DNA from: Paraspadella gotoi
Lineage: Eukaryota > Animalia > Chaetognatha
DNA: 64,000 bases
Assembly (NCBI GenBank): GCA_051294375.1
Contig: CM119265.1
Coordinates: forward strand, 25,444,297-25,508,296
Reading direction: 5' to 3'
Shown: positions 1-14,620 of the stretch, piece by piece
Layout of the letters: the number at the start of each line of letters is the position of its first letter
How positions within the stretch are numbered: the stretch's first letter is position 1
Notes under the pieces: generated by a model
The model's database searches: none
What the model was told of the DNA's origin: nothing
What the model saw: only the letters and a program-made list of their open reading frames with translations
Translations under genes and position numbers: made by a program

Positions 1-589
1 CTGTCACAGTACCTGACATTACGACTGACACTATCACTGACAACTCTATCACCGACTGTAAGACTGACGCAAAAACAGACGTTGACAGTGACACATTCAC
101 TGACAAGTGTCACTTTCACTGATATTTGTCACCGGAATAATTCTATCTCCTTTCTCTCGAAGGAAGACTGACGAGCGACGAATGAGATGTCAATAAGAGA
201 TAATGGAAACCGACGGGTGGTAAATGCCATTCGACGGCGTGTGGTAAATGCCATTCGACGGCGAACGAAGACGAAATCACCGCCTCTCTCATTTTTTTTT
301 CACTTCCTTTCGCTGGTACCGTGACAATTTCGTGTCACGCGGGAGACACGGCCTCTAAAATGTGTCTTCGCGTCTCGGGGTCCTCGAGTCACGCTTGTCT
401 GATTACCGTGACAGCGTGACACATTTTCATCCGCCGTGAAAATAAAAAAGCGTCACAGCGTTTCATCGACCGTGAAAACGAAGCGTGAAGAACGTCACAC
501 CAACGCGAGAGTTTGGAAGGGCGTGACATCGAACGTTGACGTCGCCGCCGCTGCCGCTGCTGCTGCCGACGCCGTAGGTGTCAAAGTTT

Positions 590-632
<43 letters not shown>

Positions 633-2516
633 CGAACGACGAGCACAAAGGCGACGATCAAACGTTTGTTTATGCTTTACGATCAACACAACAACGTCTG
701 ACGGACTGTGAAATAGAGCCTCACAAAAACGGGGCGCTCAGTCTGTGACACGCCTCACTGTGACACGCCGGTTCAANNNNNNNNNNNNNNNNNNNNNNNN
801 NNNNNNNNNNNNNNNNNNNNNNNNNNNNNNNNNNNNNNNNNNNNNNNNNNNNNNNNNNNNNNNNNNNNNNNNNNNNNNNNNNNNNNNNNNNNNNNNNNNN
901 NNNNNNNNNNNNNNNNNNNNNNNNNNNNNNNNNNNNNNNNNNNNNNNNNNNNNNNNNNNNNNNNNNNNNNNNNNNNNNNNNNNNNNNNNNNNNNNNNNNN
1001 NNNNNNNNNNNNNNNNNNNNNNNNNNNNNNNNNNNNNNNNNNNNNNNNNNNNNNNNNNNNNNNNNNNNNNNNNNNNNNNNNNNNNNNNNNNNNNTCCCTC
1101 TCTATCCCACTTTATATTCTTATCCTCACTTCCCTCTCCCTCACTGTCTCCCTCTCCCTCATGACTCGACTCCCTCTCTATCCCGCTTCAAATTCCCCTC
1201 CTCTCTTCCCTCCCTCGAAGCGTCTCTCTCTCTCTTCTCAGGTTTTAACTATTTATGGCTTCTCAATTTTCGTTGACTTTTTTGAGGCAAAACGAAAAAA
1301 AAAGAAGAAATTTTTAAGAGGAAAATATTGATTGAGTCTTTAGCATTTTGAAGGATTCATACTTGATGTCTTTTCCCCTCCTACCTTGTGTTTGTTGTTG
1401 TTATAATTTTAGTTGTTGTTGTAGTTGCCGTGGACGTCGTCGTTGATTTCGTCATCATCTTCGTCGTCTCTGTCAATCTTTCCGATCGAAGTCTCTCACA
1501 TCATAAATGACACTGACGCATTTATTGTCATTTCAACTGTCGTCATATTTCCATTGCTGTCAGCCTGTCAATAACATTCCTTTTACTTTGTTCGAAGACG
1601 TTTAGCGCGTCTTGTTGTTGTCCTCGCTTCCGTTACAGTCAGCCTCGTCGTCTTCGTTGTCATCATTTTCATCATCATCATCTTTGTCATAATCATTATT
1701 GTCGTCATCCTCTTCATCATCATCACCATCATCATCATTGTCGTCGTCCTCGTTCTCGATTTCCATCGCAAAGTGTTTCTACGAGTCGCTCCGGACATTT
1801 GAAGAAAACATCTCCATCTTTCTTTCCCTTTTATTTTTTCCTTCTGTCTCTTTTCTTNNNNNNNNNNNNNNNNNNNNNNNNNNNNNNNNNNNNNNNNNNN
1901 NNNNNNNNNNNNNNNNNNNNNNNNNNNNNNNNNNNNNNNNNNNNNNNNNNNNNNNNNNNNNNNNNNNNNNNNNNNNNNNNNNNNNNNNNNNNNNNNNNNN
2001 NNNNNNNNNNNNNNNNNNNNNNTTCATTTTATTCGTGACCGCTCGTTCCTCCTTCACCTTTTCCTCTCTTCTTCTCGATCTATTTTTATCGCGAGTTTTA
2101 ACCATCACATTTTATAATCTCACATCAAATTCGATCACATCTCATATCACATCGGATCTCATTAAATCTTATTGGAGATCACGCAAGGTGATCTAGAATG
2201 TGAAAGGTTTTTTCTTTTAGCTCTCGACTAAATAATTTGCTTTTTGAAGATCACAAGGAATATTCTTTCGCATAACCGTTCACTTCTTCACGATACTTCT
2301 CAGTCTTTACTCACAAAGATTTCATCGCTTTCGTCAAACTATAGTCGCGTCATCATCATCTAAATGACAATTTATTTTTCTCCTTTTCCATTTCGACATT
2401 CGTCCTTCAAAAGTGAATCTTTTTCGTCGTAGCGACTTTTACAGATTTTCTCCTCAAGTTTTTTAAAAAAATTTTTTAAATTTAATTTTTTTAAATGCAG
2501 CCACGCAACTCCAATC

Positions 2517-2555
<39 letters not shown>

Positions 2556-2862
2556 NNNNNNNNNNNNNNNNNNNNNNNNNNNNNNNNNNNNNNNNNNNNN
2601 NNNNNNNNNNNNNNNNNNNNNNNNNNNNNNNNNNNNNNNNNNNNNNNNNNNNNNNNNNNNNNNNNNNNNNNNNNNNNNNNNNNNNNNNNNNNNNNNNNNN
2701 NNNNNNNNNNNNNNNNNNNNNNNNNNNGCGTAGTAAAAGTCACGTATGAAAATTAAAATTTGCCAACAGGTCATAACCAAAAGAAGTGAAATATCATCCT
2801 ATAGATTTTGGTGAAATATGATCCGTGAAAATTACTCCTACTTATTGACGTGATAAACGCCC

Positions 2863-2914
2863 CCGGAAGCTCCGACGGTGAGGTTTCCGGAAGTGGGCGT
2901 GCCGGAAGTGGGCG
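2863..2914. promoter_or_regulatory. Tandem ETS/GABP-like sites (possible promoter)
   Basis: CCGGAAGC followed by CCGGAAGTGGGCG twice (2887-2899, 2902-2914) at the edge of a GC-rich island. Confidence 0.35.
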
Positions 2915-3020
2915 ATTCATCCTCTTCATCTTCACCGCCCATAAAATTTGGCGTTAGATGACGATTTCCCGCGACGACCGTTTGAGACGATGAAGACGCC
3001 CAACGTTATTGCCGACCTTC

Positions 3021-3215
3021 CATGCCGTCCCGTGATGCCGTCCCGAGATGCCGTCCCGTGATGCCGTCCCGTGCTGCCGTCCCGCGATGCCATCCCGTGA
3101 TGCTGTACCGTTTTGCCGGCCCGTGATTCCGTCCCGTAATGCCGTCCCATGCTGCCGGCCCGTGATGATGGCCCGTGATGGCCCGTGATGCCGGCGCATG
3201 ATGCCGACCCGTGAG
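3021..3215. repeat. 13-bp GC-rich minisatellite (CCGTGATGCCGTC), ~15 copies
   Basis: Direct tandem reading with substitutions. Confidence 0.9.
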
Positions 3216-6141
3216 CGGCTCATAACGGTTGAGGGAATTCACTCTCAGGTCGTGAAAAGTAATTCGTCGTTACTTTTCCTTCAGTTATTATGAGAGCGAA
3301 ATAAAGTGATAGTTAAATTTGAATAGTAGTATAGCAGTAGTAGTAGGTAGTAGTAGCAGTATTAGCTATAAAATTATCATAGGTAAGAAATCATAAGTAA
3401 TAAATAAATTAAAGATATTTTGTTAATTTACCGAATCTCACCGCATCGTTTTACGCGCACCGCATTTCAGTTTTTCTTAATTTATTTTCTTCTTCTTTCA
3501 AGTTTTTTTCTATTTTAATATTTTTTTCCAATTTTTTTCTCCTCATTTTTGTCTGAGCCTTAATCGACTTCAGAACCCCTCCCCGAGATCGGAGGAGAAA
3601 CCTTGTGCCATTCTTTATCGAGAAATCAACTGGATATGTTTAGTGGATTTTCTTTATTCTTAAGTTTTCCTTCTTTCTTTGCTTCTAAATGTATATCGCC
3701 ATAGTTTGTTGTACCTGATTAGGAATCGAAGAAAAGCCATGAATTTTCGAAAGCAAAACTCTTTACATTGAAATTTTATAATGAACTAATTTCAGTGTGT
3801 GTGTTACTCAAGCCATTACTCACCGGTTGAAAGCGGGAGAAATAATTAGTTCCTGTCAGTTTAACATTTCTGGGCGAAGGGATGGAAGCTTTTGGTAAAA
3901 AAAAGAAATTGAGCAAAAAATAAAAAAACAAAACCAAAAACACCAAAAAAAACCAACTAAAAACAAAAACAAAAAAACCGTGTAACTAAGAACCAAAACA
4001 ACTTCCGCGCGAGAGGGAGCTTTGACCGTGGATCAGGGGGTGAGGCTGAAAGAAAGCTGGGGTTAAGCGAAGGTAAGTAAAAGTGTTCGCTTACTAACTC
4101 AGCTAAAGGACAGTCTGGCTTTTCTCGATTTCCAGAATCGCTTTTTCGAATTAACGAGAGACAAAGGATGGAAATCGCTATGGGATTTCTTAGAAATTCC
4201 ACTTTCAAGGATTTCGCAGAAATTAACTTTTAATGAAACTTGTAATATTTGAAAAAAAAGTTTTTATATCGCTTTTTTCATTAGACTTAGTAGAAAAATG
4301 AAAGAGAATAAAAATAATAGGATTCAGAAGGTCGTCATCCTTTTCATTTAACATGGGTGAGTGAAGCAGTGACTTTTCCAATAAAAGTAAAAGACTATCA
4401 ATTTCAATCTTTGTTAAGTTTTAAGTCCTTTTATGCAATTTAAACATTGTTTATAATCAGGGGCGGCGAGAGGGGGGGGACGCCCGGGTTCCAGGGGGGG
4501 CCGGTAGGGCCCAGGAAAAAAAAGGAAAGAAATGAAGAAAAAAAGAAGAAAAGACAGGGGCAAGATAGCTTAGTTATTAAATGAATGGTTAATTTTATAT
4601 TGGTTGTACTAATTTCATTTCATAAGAATACCTAAGATTTCGTTACGCGCGCACCCAACGAAAATCGTTTCGAATCGCGAGAAAAGACAGAAAAACAGAA
4701 TCTCCCCTTAATTTCTAATAAATCTTTTTTTTTTCTTTTTCTTTTTCCTTTCATCGGTTTAGCCTTGAGAGTTTTTCACGATTTTCTCCGTTCGAAGCCT
4801 GAAATTCAATTAATTTTGATTTCCACCGGAAAAAAAAAAGTTTTTCTTTTTTTTATTAATCAAAAGTTATTACTTTTTTTTTTAAATAAAAAAAATTTCC
4901 CTGGAATCGTTTTAATCCCGCGGAATGACTCGATATCAAGATGTCAGTTTCCCTCTTTCCCAACTTTTCGCGTTTTTATGAAATGATAACGAGAAATTCC
5001 GAAGCGAAGCGAAAGCAATAAAAACCTGCTCATCATATTTTCTCCCGATTTATCACAAAATTATGACAAGCCATAACCCAACTACATGTTTATATCATAA
5101 GTAACAATATCACTTGATTATATGTGTCGCACCATCTTATTAAATCACATTAAACTACCGCTTAGTAAAATACGAGACTGCGATGTTACAAATAAAGGGA
5201 AAAAATTCAGAAAAGTTAATGCTCAATGATCCGATAATATGTCAAGTCATAACGATTTGATTTTTTTTTTTAAACATTTCCGGTCTTCGGTCTGACCCTC
5301 AGTTCTCGTTCACCCCGGACAGTCATCACAGTAGAGTGGTGCTGTTTTTTTATGTTATTGTGTTCTAATACTAAGATTATTATTTATTAATCTATATAAG
5401 ACAATATAATTAATATTAAAAAAAATTATATTATATATTTAAAATTATTAATATTCATTATCCTAAAATTCATAACAAAATCAAATTATGTATATAATTA
5501 ATAGGGGATTTTAATATATATATATACATTTTAATAATTTAATTTTCAAGTATTACAAGATTTTAAACAATTATGGTATAAATTTTAATATACTACATTT
5601 TTTACAGATATAAATAAACAATAATATTTTTTATCCAGATACTTTTTAAATTTTTTTTTGCAATTTCCCCTAAATTCGAACCGCCCTACTATTTCCCGCG
5701 TTTCGAAATCCGATCGTTTCGGAATTTTGGTCAGAAAAATTCTTTCGCTTCATGAATTATGCGACTCGATTTTTTTTTCTTTCTTCTGAAACGGAAAACC
5801 ACAGCGCAAAAAAAATAAAAAGAATTCGATATCAGAAAATCTCCGTTCGGAAGATTTAAGCGCGGGGTGACGATGTAAAGGAAATTAAGACGTGGGGTGA
5901 TCTTGAAAAGATAAAAATAAAAGGAGCAGGAAGAATATGGGAAGAGAGAAAGGGGCAAAAGGAGATTATATGAAAAAGAGTTTGTAGTAAGTTTGACTAA
6001 CGCTAAATCTTTCCCTCTCTCTCTTTTTCCCCTTTCCTACTTTCCCCACTTATCCTTTCTCTTCTATTCTTTTTCTCTTTCCTTTGTTTCTTCTCTTTCC
6101 TCCCTTCCTCAATTCCTCCCTACTTTCTTTCATTATACTTT

Positions 6142-6175
<34 letters not shown>

Positions 6176-9100
6176 NNNNNNNNNNNNNNNNNNNNNNNNN
6201 NNNNNNNNNNNNNNNNNNNNNNNNNNNNNNNNNNNNNNNNNNNNNNNNNNNNNNNNNNNNNNNNNNNNNNNNNNNNNNNNNNNNNNNNNNNNNNNNNNNN
6301 NNNNNNNNNNNNNNNNNNNNNNNNNNNNNNNNNNNNNNNNNNNNNNNNNNNNNNNNNNNNNNNNNNNNNNNNNNNNNNNNNNNNNNNNNNNNNNNNNNNN
6401 NNNNNNNNNNNNNNNNNNNNNNNNNNNNNNNNNNNNNNNNNNNNNNNNNNNNNNNNNNNNNNNNNNNNNNNNNNNNNNNNNNNNNNNNNNNNNNNNNNNN
6501 NNNNNNNNNNNNNNNNNNNNNNNNNNNNNNNNNNNNNNNNNNNNNNNNNNNNNNNNNNNNNNNNNNNNNNNNNNNNNNNNNNNNNNNNNNNNNNNNNNNN
6601 NNNNNNNNNNNNNNNNNNNNNNNNNNNNNNNNNNNNNNNNNNNNNNNNNNNNNNNNNNNNNNNNNNNNNNNNNNNNNNNNNNNNNNNNNNNNNNNNNNNN
6701 NNNNNNNNNNNNNNNNNNNNNNNNNNNNNNNNNNNNNNNNNNNNNNNNNNNNNNNNNNNNNNNNNNNNNNNNNNNNNNNNNNNNNNNNNNNNNNNNNNNN
6801 NNNNNNNNNNNNNNNNNNNNNNNNNNNNNNNNNNNNNNNNNNNNNNNNNNNNNNNNNNNNNNNNNNNNNNNNNNNNNNNNNNNNNNNNNNNNNNNNNNNN
6901 NNNNNNNNNNNNNNNNNNNNNNNNNNNNNNNNNNNNNNNNNNNNNNNNNNNNNNNNNNNNNNNNNNNNNNNNNNNNNNNNNNNNNNNNNNNNNNNNNNNN
7001 NNNNNNNNNNNNNNNNNNNNNNNNNNNNNNNNNNNNNNNNNNNNNNNNNNNNNNNNNNNNNNNNNNNNNNNNNNNNNNNNNNNNNNNNNNNNNNNNNNNN
7101 NNNNNNNNNNNNNNNNNNNNNNNNNNNNNNNNNNNNNNNNNNNNNNNNNNNNNNNNNNNNNNNNNNAAAAACAATAATAAAATAAGGCATTTAAAATAAG
7201 ATTAGGTGCGAAAACGGAACATTAGGAAAAATAGAATAATGACAACAAAATTAAAATAAATGGTTAAATTAAAAAACGCAAAAATCTAACTAATGCTTCC
7301 TAAATCTTAGGCGATTTAATTATCTTGAAGCCTATCCTTTAAAGATTCTTTATGCTTACTAGTTGACTAAGCATTAGTGAGAAATAGCTCCCTTTGTTAA
7401 ACTTTTTAAAAAGCTTCACTTAACAGCCTCACTTCGATTTTTTCACACGACACCTGACTGAATCACCATCGTCCTCTTTCACCCTTTAAAACCTCACTCT
7501 GAACTCACCTTTCACTTCACCTCTTTTTTTCTCTTAAAACCTGACGCTCACGATTCATTAATTTTATTTCCTTATTCGCTTTTTTTTCTCGCTGTTGCCA
7601 TGGAGATACTTTTGTTTATTTTTTTTCTATCTTAATTTTTCATGTCGTTTCGTTGATGGGAAGAGAGAGAGAGATNNNNNNNNNNNNNNNNNNNNNNNNN
7701 NNNNNNNNNNNNNNNNNNNNNNNNNNNNNNNNNNNNNNNNNNNNNNNNNNNNNNNNNNNNNNNNNNNNNNNNNNNNNNNNNNNNNNNNNNNNNNNNNNNN
7801 NNNNNNNNNNNNNNNNNNNNNNNNNNNNNNNNNNNNNNNNNNNNNNNNNNNNNNNNNNNNNNNNNNNNNNNNNNNNNNNNNNNNNNNNNNNNNNNNNNNN
7901 NTAACTAATATCCGTTTTACTAGATTATCCAGAAAGCATTAGTCTTTAAAGAATATAAGCTGTTCAGTTTTTGCTCAAAACTCAAAATCGTCAACCTCAA
8001 GATATTTAGTCAGAGACGGTCTGAACGCCAGAAGGGCNNNNNNNNNNTTCGCTCAAAAATCAAAATCGTCAACCTCAAGATATTTAGTCAGAGGTTTGAA
8101 CGCCAGAAGGGCGGGAGTGTCGTGAAAGGATTTGAATGGAAAATGGCAAGTAGATTTTTGCGATGCTGCCAAGCATCTTTTAAAGATATATTTACAAGAC
8201 AGTCGGTTAGTGTAAAAATAGTTTGTTTTTTTTTAAATTTATTAAAATTGATTAACCAATCAATATAAATAAAANNNNNNNNNNNNNNNNNNNNNNNNNN
8301 NNNNNNNNNNNNNNNNNNNNNNNNNNNNNNNNNNNNNNNNNNNNNNNNNNNNNNNNNNNNNNNNNNNNNNNNNNNNNNNNNNNNNNNNNNNNNNNNNNNN
8401 NNNNNNNNNNNNNNNNNNNNNNNNNNNNNNNNNNNNNNNTTTTTTTTTTTTGAGTGAGATTCTCAGTCGCGATCGAAAAGATCACAAATCGATGTGAGAA
8501 ATCGTGAAATTGGAATTTGATCAGCTGTGAGCGTCTCGTAATCACAAAAAAAGAAGGGAAAAAGGGAGTCAGAGAGTGAGAGAGAGAGGGAGAGAGAGAG
8601 AGATGATAAAAATAAGGAAACAAAAAATCGTAAATGGAAAAAAAGCGAAGTTAAATAACAAGAACAGAATTTTGATGAAAAGTTTGAAACTAAGACAGCA
8701 GCAAGAACGCTGATAATGTACAATTTATAACTATTATTACCTTCAAAAAAAAAATTAAATCGCATTTGATATTTGCCTCATCAGAATTCAGAGGTAAATA
8801 GTTTCACGCCAATTTCCAATTTCGCGCCCGAAAATTCAACTGCAATTGCACTCTCCTTTGGAACTAAAAGGCCCCCAAGATTTAAAAGCATGAAAAGGAA
8901 TCTGGTCCGATCGGCTGAGCAGCATTCTCTTGACAAATGATGGGTACTCAGAGAATGAGAGAGAGAGAGAGGGAGGGAGAGAGAAAGAGAGAAAGAGAGA
9001 GAGAGAGAGAAATAAAAATAAAAACAGACAATCAGACGAAGAGATCGATCGGAAATCCTCTTATTGACTTGCCTCTAGGAGTCGCAAACAAAAAAAAGGA

Positions 9101-9322
9101 GATAGACAAGGAATGAAAAGGTTAATTAAGGAAATAAAAAAATATATTTTTTGTTCCTTAAGCAAAGACAAGTGAACGACAAAGTGAAGACAAGACAAGA
9201 GAAAGACAAGTGAACGACAAAGTGAAGACAAGACAAGACAAAGACAAGTGAACGAAAAAGAGAATCTCTCTCTTTTGTGATGTCCTTTCTCTCACCCAAT
9301 CTGCGACCAAGGTCCATGGAGA

Positions 9323-9361
<39 letters not shown>

Positions 9362-10394
9362 TCGGGAAATCCGGGTGGTTTTTTTCTCGTCTCGAGGGAT
9401 TCCTCCTTAAGTATTAAGAAGTTTATCTCTCTCGCTATTTTTATTTTCTTTCTTTCTTTCCTTCTTTTTCTCTCTCTGTCATTTACTTTCTCTCTCTCTC
9501 CCTCCCTCCCTCCCTCTCTCTCACCCTCTCTCTCATCATCTTTTTTTAACATTCCATACGAACTGCACCCACATGTTCTTTATATTATGACCTCGACTCT
9601 TAATGTCTCTCCATCTGCCCCCAAAATTGCATATGACCTTCCCTTTAAACGCCTTACCTTCCCTTACCTAATCGATCAAGACTCAAACCAACTTCTACCC
9701 CGAAAGAATCTCTTTTCCCAGAGTACCTCCTTTTCGATTCGTTTTTCCCACAATTTAATNNNNNNNNNNNNNNNNNNNNNNNNNNNNNNNNNNNNNNNNN
9801 NNNNNNNNNNNNNNNNNNNNNNNNNNNNNNNNNNNNNNNNNNNNNNNNNNNNNNNNNNNNNNNNNNNNNNNNNNNNNNNNNNNNNNNNNNNNNNNNNNNN
9901 NNNNNNNNNNNNNNNNNNNNNNCCTGAACCCTAACCCGAACCTTTAACACTAAATGCTAGTTATCCCAAATCCTTCACTAAAATTATAAACTAGGTCCCT
10001 AACTTTAATCACTCACCTAATCCCTAAACTAATCCCCAACCCTAACCACTAACTTATATTTTTAACTAAAAAAAAATAACTTAATTCAGAATTTAAGATA
10101 AAATGGGTCGTTCTGGGAAAATAAGGCCCTGCTTTCAACCCTTCAGCCTCCAACCCGTCGTCAGCTTAGACTTCCAACTTCCACTTTCTTCTTCCTCTTT
10201 TCTTTAATTGGGGATTAAATCTTAAATCCTCGATCTTCTCTCTCTCTCTCTCTCTCTCTCTTCTCGATATTCTTTCTCGGCGAAAGAGAAAAGTCTTTTC
10301 CGGTTCGTCGCTCGGTTTAGTCCGGATGGCCGGAAAGAACGTCATTTTCCGTTAGGAAAGGAATTTTATTTGTTTATTATTATTATTATTATTA

Positions 10395-10427
<33 letters not shown>

Positions 10428-10869
10428 TTCATAATTTTGTCAGTTTTTTCCGTCCGTCCGTGTAACCGTCTGTCCGTATGACAATCGTTTTAGCAATGTT
10501 TAACAATTTAATAAAAGATCATAATTAATGCTGAAATTTTTTTACCTAAAGCGCAACAGTTTTAACTCGTTGGATTTGAAACAATCTTCTTCGCCGATAG
10601 TCCGATAGTAGTTGATAGTTCCTTGGGAATTTCACTGTCCAGGTGTTCATGCGGTGATCGAGTTGTCACAAATCTAATCCTAGCGATTGGTATCGTTGTC
10701 TTTCTTCGTTGCCATGACAACTTGACTGACGTCCCGCAAATGGCGATTGCGACTCGCAAGTAGAAGTGACAAACCGAAAGACAAGTATTTGAACGTCGAT
10801 GAGAATGAGTGAGAGAAAACGCTGTAACTAAAATTCATGATATTCTATATTCATAGGATGTCTGAAAAT

Positions 10870-10989
<120 letters not shown>

Positions 10990-12501
10990 GAACCAAACGA
11001 ACACAACATAAAAACAAAACCAAAACATGAAAATGAAACAGAAACCAATAACGAAACATTTCGGCGGCAACGTATTTTCAGTTTTTCTCTCGATTCGATA
11101 CAATTCATCGCTGAATCTCATTATGAATGTCATTCTGAATGTCATTCTGAATCTTTTAGCGAATCGAAATGAATTAGGAGATAGAGACTCGAAGGGTGCC
11201 ATTGGCGATTTGGTCAAAAATGCCATAGGCTATATCCTGAGTGATGCCATTGAAGATGCCATCAGCGATGCCTTTCGGCGATTGAATCGGCAATGCGGTC
11301 AGTGCAACAATCAAGAATCAGTAAGCGTTGCCGTCGATAATGCCATTGAAGGTGCCCATAGAGATGCCACCAATTATACAATGATCGATACCATCATCGA
11401 AGCCTAATGCCATTTTCTGATGCCATCACCGATGCCATCAAAGATTCCACTCGTCGTCCCAATAGACGTCCCTCCTCGATTTTTCTCTCTCTTTTCCAAT
11501 TTGTGGTTTTTGGGTGACGCATCATTCCTTGTCTCCGCCAATACTCCTTCGTCTCAAGAACATTTTTTTCTCTCATGGTCTCTTCAATGTCCCTCTAGGG
11601 CTTTTCGCTTCTTTGTCCCTCTAGGGCTTTTCGCTTCTTTGTCCCTCTCGGAGACCATCTTTGTTCTCTGTCCCTGTCTTTGACTCTCATTTCTTTTTTC
11701 AAAATCTTTCATAAGATTAAGAGTCTCAATTCATTATTCACCACTTTTTTTTGCTTCCATTGTCTCTCAGCTTTTCTCTCTCGATGCCTCTATTAATTTC
11801 AAACTTTAACCCTTAATTTGACCATGGATAGAGGACATTTGCTTGTTTCTCATTGTTCTCAATCTTTGTCTATCATTGTCCTTTATCTCCTCTAGTCTCT
11901 CTTCTCTTTTCTTGTACCCCCCCCTCCTTTCCTCTTTTATTTCTCTTCCAATTCCCCCCTTCCCTTTTTTTTGAGTCTTTCTATATTATTCCTCGTCTCT
12001 ACGTATTTGACCCCTTATGTCCCTTTTTCTCCTGCGTTCCTGTCTTCGCTTATCTCTCTTCTTTCTCCCATTTTGTTTATGTTCTCCCCGCAGTCTCTCT
12101 TCCAACCTCGGAACTCATTTTAGTCCTGTCAAAATTTCTCTCAGCCAAACATGAATGTCACCGGCCCCACTCTGTATATACTCACCCCAGCAGAGAAGCA
12201 TTTTCTTCGCTCGCTCTTTTCGCCTTCTTGCATTTTCATTTCATTCCTGACCCATTTCTTCGTCGGGCGAGTCCACCAGGCTGTTCAAACAAATTTGGGC
12301 CTATGATTTAATATTATATATTTTTTGGCTTATTATTTAGTCAATACTTTTTATAAATATAAGCTTATATAAATAATATTATAAAAAGTATTTGTACCAA
12401 TTACTTATCGACTCTACAAACAACTTAAGCTAAATTTAGATTTAATAAATCACATTACTCTCCCCACTACCCCTAANNNNNNNNNNNNNNNNNNNNNNNN
12501 N

Positions 12502-14620
12502 ATAACATTGTGTATGAGATAGGCGGACGGAGGAAGGAAGAGGGCATTAACCTGGAGGCCTTTTTAAAAATATAACATTGTGTATGAGATAGGCGGACGG
12601 AGAAGGAGCAGGCCATTAACCTGGAGCCTTTTTTAAAAAAAATATAACATTGTGTATGAGATAGGCGGACGGAGGAAGGAACAGGGCATTAACCTGGAGG
12701 CCTTTTTTAAATATAACATTGTGTATGAGATAGGCGGACGGAGGAAGGAGCCAGGGCATTAACCTGAGGCCTTTTTAAAAATATAAACATTGTGGTTGAG
12801 ATAGGCGGACGGAGGAAAGGAGCAGGGCATTAACCTGAGGCCCCTTTTTAAAAATATACATTTGTAATGAGATAAGGCGGACAGGACGAAGGAGGGCAGG
12901 GCATTAACGCTGGAGGCCTTTTTTTTAAAAATATAACATTGTGTATGAGATAGGCGGACGGGAGGAAAAGGAGCAGGGCATTACCTGGGGCCTTTTAAAT
13001 AGTAACATTGTGTAATGAGATAGCGACGGAGGAAGGAGCAGGGCATTAACACTTGGAGGCCCTTTTTTAAAAATATAACATTGTGTTGAGATAGGCGGAC
13101 GGAGGAAGGAGCAGGCATTAACCTGAGGCCTTTTTTAAAATATAACATTGGTGTATGAGATAGGCGGACGGAGGGAAGGAGCCAGGGCATTAACCTGGAG
13201 CCTTTTTAAAAATATAACATTGTGTATAGAGATAGGCGACGGGAAGGAAGGAGCCAGGGCATTACCTGGAGCCTTTTTTAAAAATAATAACATTGTGTAT
13301 GAGATAGGGCGGAAGAACGGAGGAAGGAGCAGGCCATTAACCCTGGAGGCTTTATTTTAAAAATATAACATTGTGTATGAGTAGGCGGAGAGCAGGAGCA
13401 GGGCATTAACCTGGGGCCTTTTTTAAAAATATAACATTGTGTTAGAGATAGCGGCACGGAGGAAAGGAGCAGTGGCATTAACCTGAGGCCTTTTTTTAAA
13501 AAATCATAAATTGTGTATGAGATAGGCGGCACGGAGGAACGGAAGCAGGGCATTAACCTGGAGGCCTTTTTTAAAAATATAACATTTGTGTATGAGAATA
13601 GGCGGACGGAGGAAGGAGCAGGGCATTAAACCTGGAGGCCTTTTTAAAAATATAACATTGTGTTTGAGTACGGCGGACGAGGAAGGAGCAGGCATACCTG
13701 GAGGCCCTTTTTATAAAAATAAACATCTGTGTAGATAAGGCGGACGGAAAGGAGCAGGGCTAATTAACCTGGAGCCTTTTGTAAAACATATAACATTGTT
13801 GTTAGTGAGATACGGCGGACGGAGGGGAGCATGGGCATTAACCTGGAGCCTTTTTTAAAATATAACATTTGTGTATGAGATAGCGGACGGAGGACGGAGC
13901 AGGGCTTAACCTGGCGAGGCCTTTTTTACAAAATATATACATTGTGTAATGCCAGATCCATGCGCGGACGGAGGAAGGAGCAGGGCATTAACCTGGAGGC
14001 CTTTTTTAACAACTATTCTAACATTGTGTATCGACGCATCAGCCGCGTCGACGAGAAGGACAGGCGAGCATTAACCTGGAGCCCTTCTTGTAAACAAGGT
14101 ATTAAACATCTTTGTGTATGGACGACTAGGCCGACGGAACGAGAGGATCCAGGCACGCAGAAAAGAAAAGCATAAACACGCTGGAGAGCCGCATTCTTCT
14201 TGGTAACAACATACTATTACGGATTACTCGTGTCCACCTACATAGGACAGGACGGTACGAGAGACGAGTGCACCTACACCTCTGGAGGCCTTTTTTTAAC
14301 AATATCGATCTTTCGAAACATTAGTCGTATGAGATAGGCGGGACGGAGTTATTAGGACAGGGCAATTAACCTGGAGGCCTTTTTTTAAAATTATAACATT
14401 GTGGATGAGATAAGGCGGAGGAGGCAGAGAGGTGCCCACTTAACCTGGAGGCCTTTTTTAAAAATATAACAATTGTGTATGAGATGGCGGACGGAGAAGG
14501 TAGCAAGGGCATTACTGGAGCCTTTTTTAAAATATAACATTGTGTATGAGATTAGGACGGACGGAAGGAAAGGAGCAGGGCAATTAACCTGGAGGCCTTT
14601 TTTAAGAATATAACATTGTG
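12502..14620. repeat. ~71-bp tandem array, ~30 copies
   Basis: Unit ATAACATTGTGTATGAGATAGGCGGACGGAGGAAGGAGCAGGGCATTAACCTGGAGGCCTTTTTTAAAAAT repeats head-to-tail with scattered indels and no spacers. Confidence 0.95.

Noticed and set aside
7971-8112. ~65-bp direct repeat
   Set aside because: It flanks a short N gap, so it is an unmerged contig overlap.
9923-10050. True telomere
   Set aside because: Highly degenerate, short and internal, with several similar tracts in the window.
12502-14620. Possible CRISPR array
   Set aside because: Units are contiguous with no unique spacers, there are no cas genes, and the context is eukaryotic.
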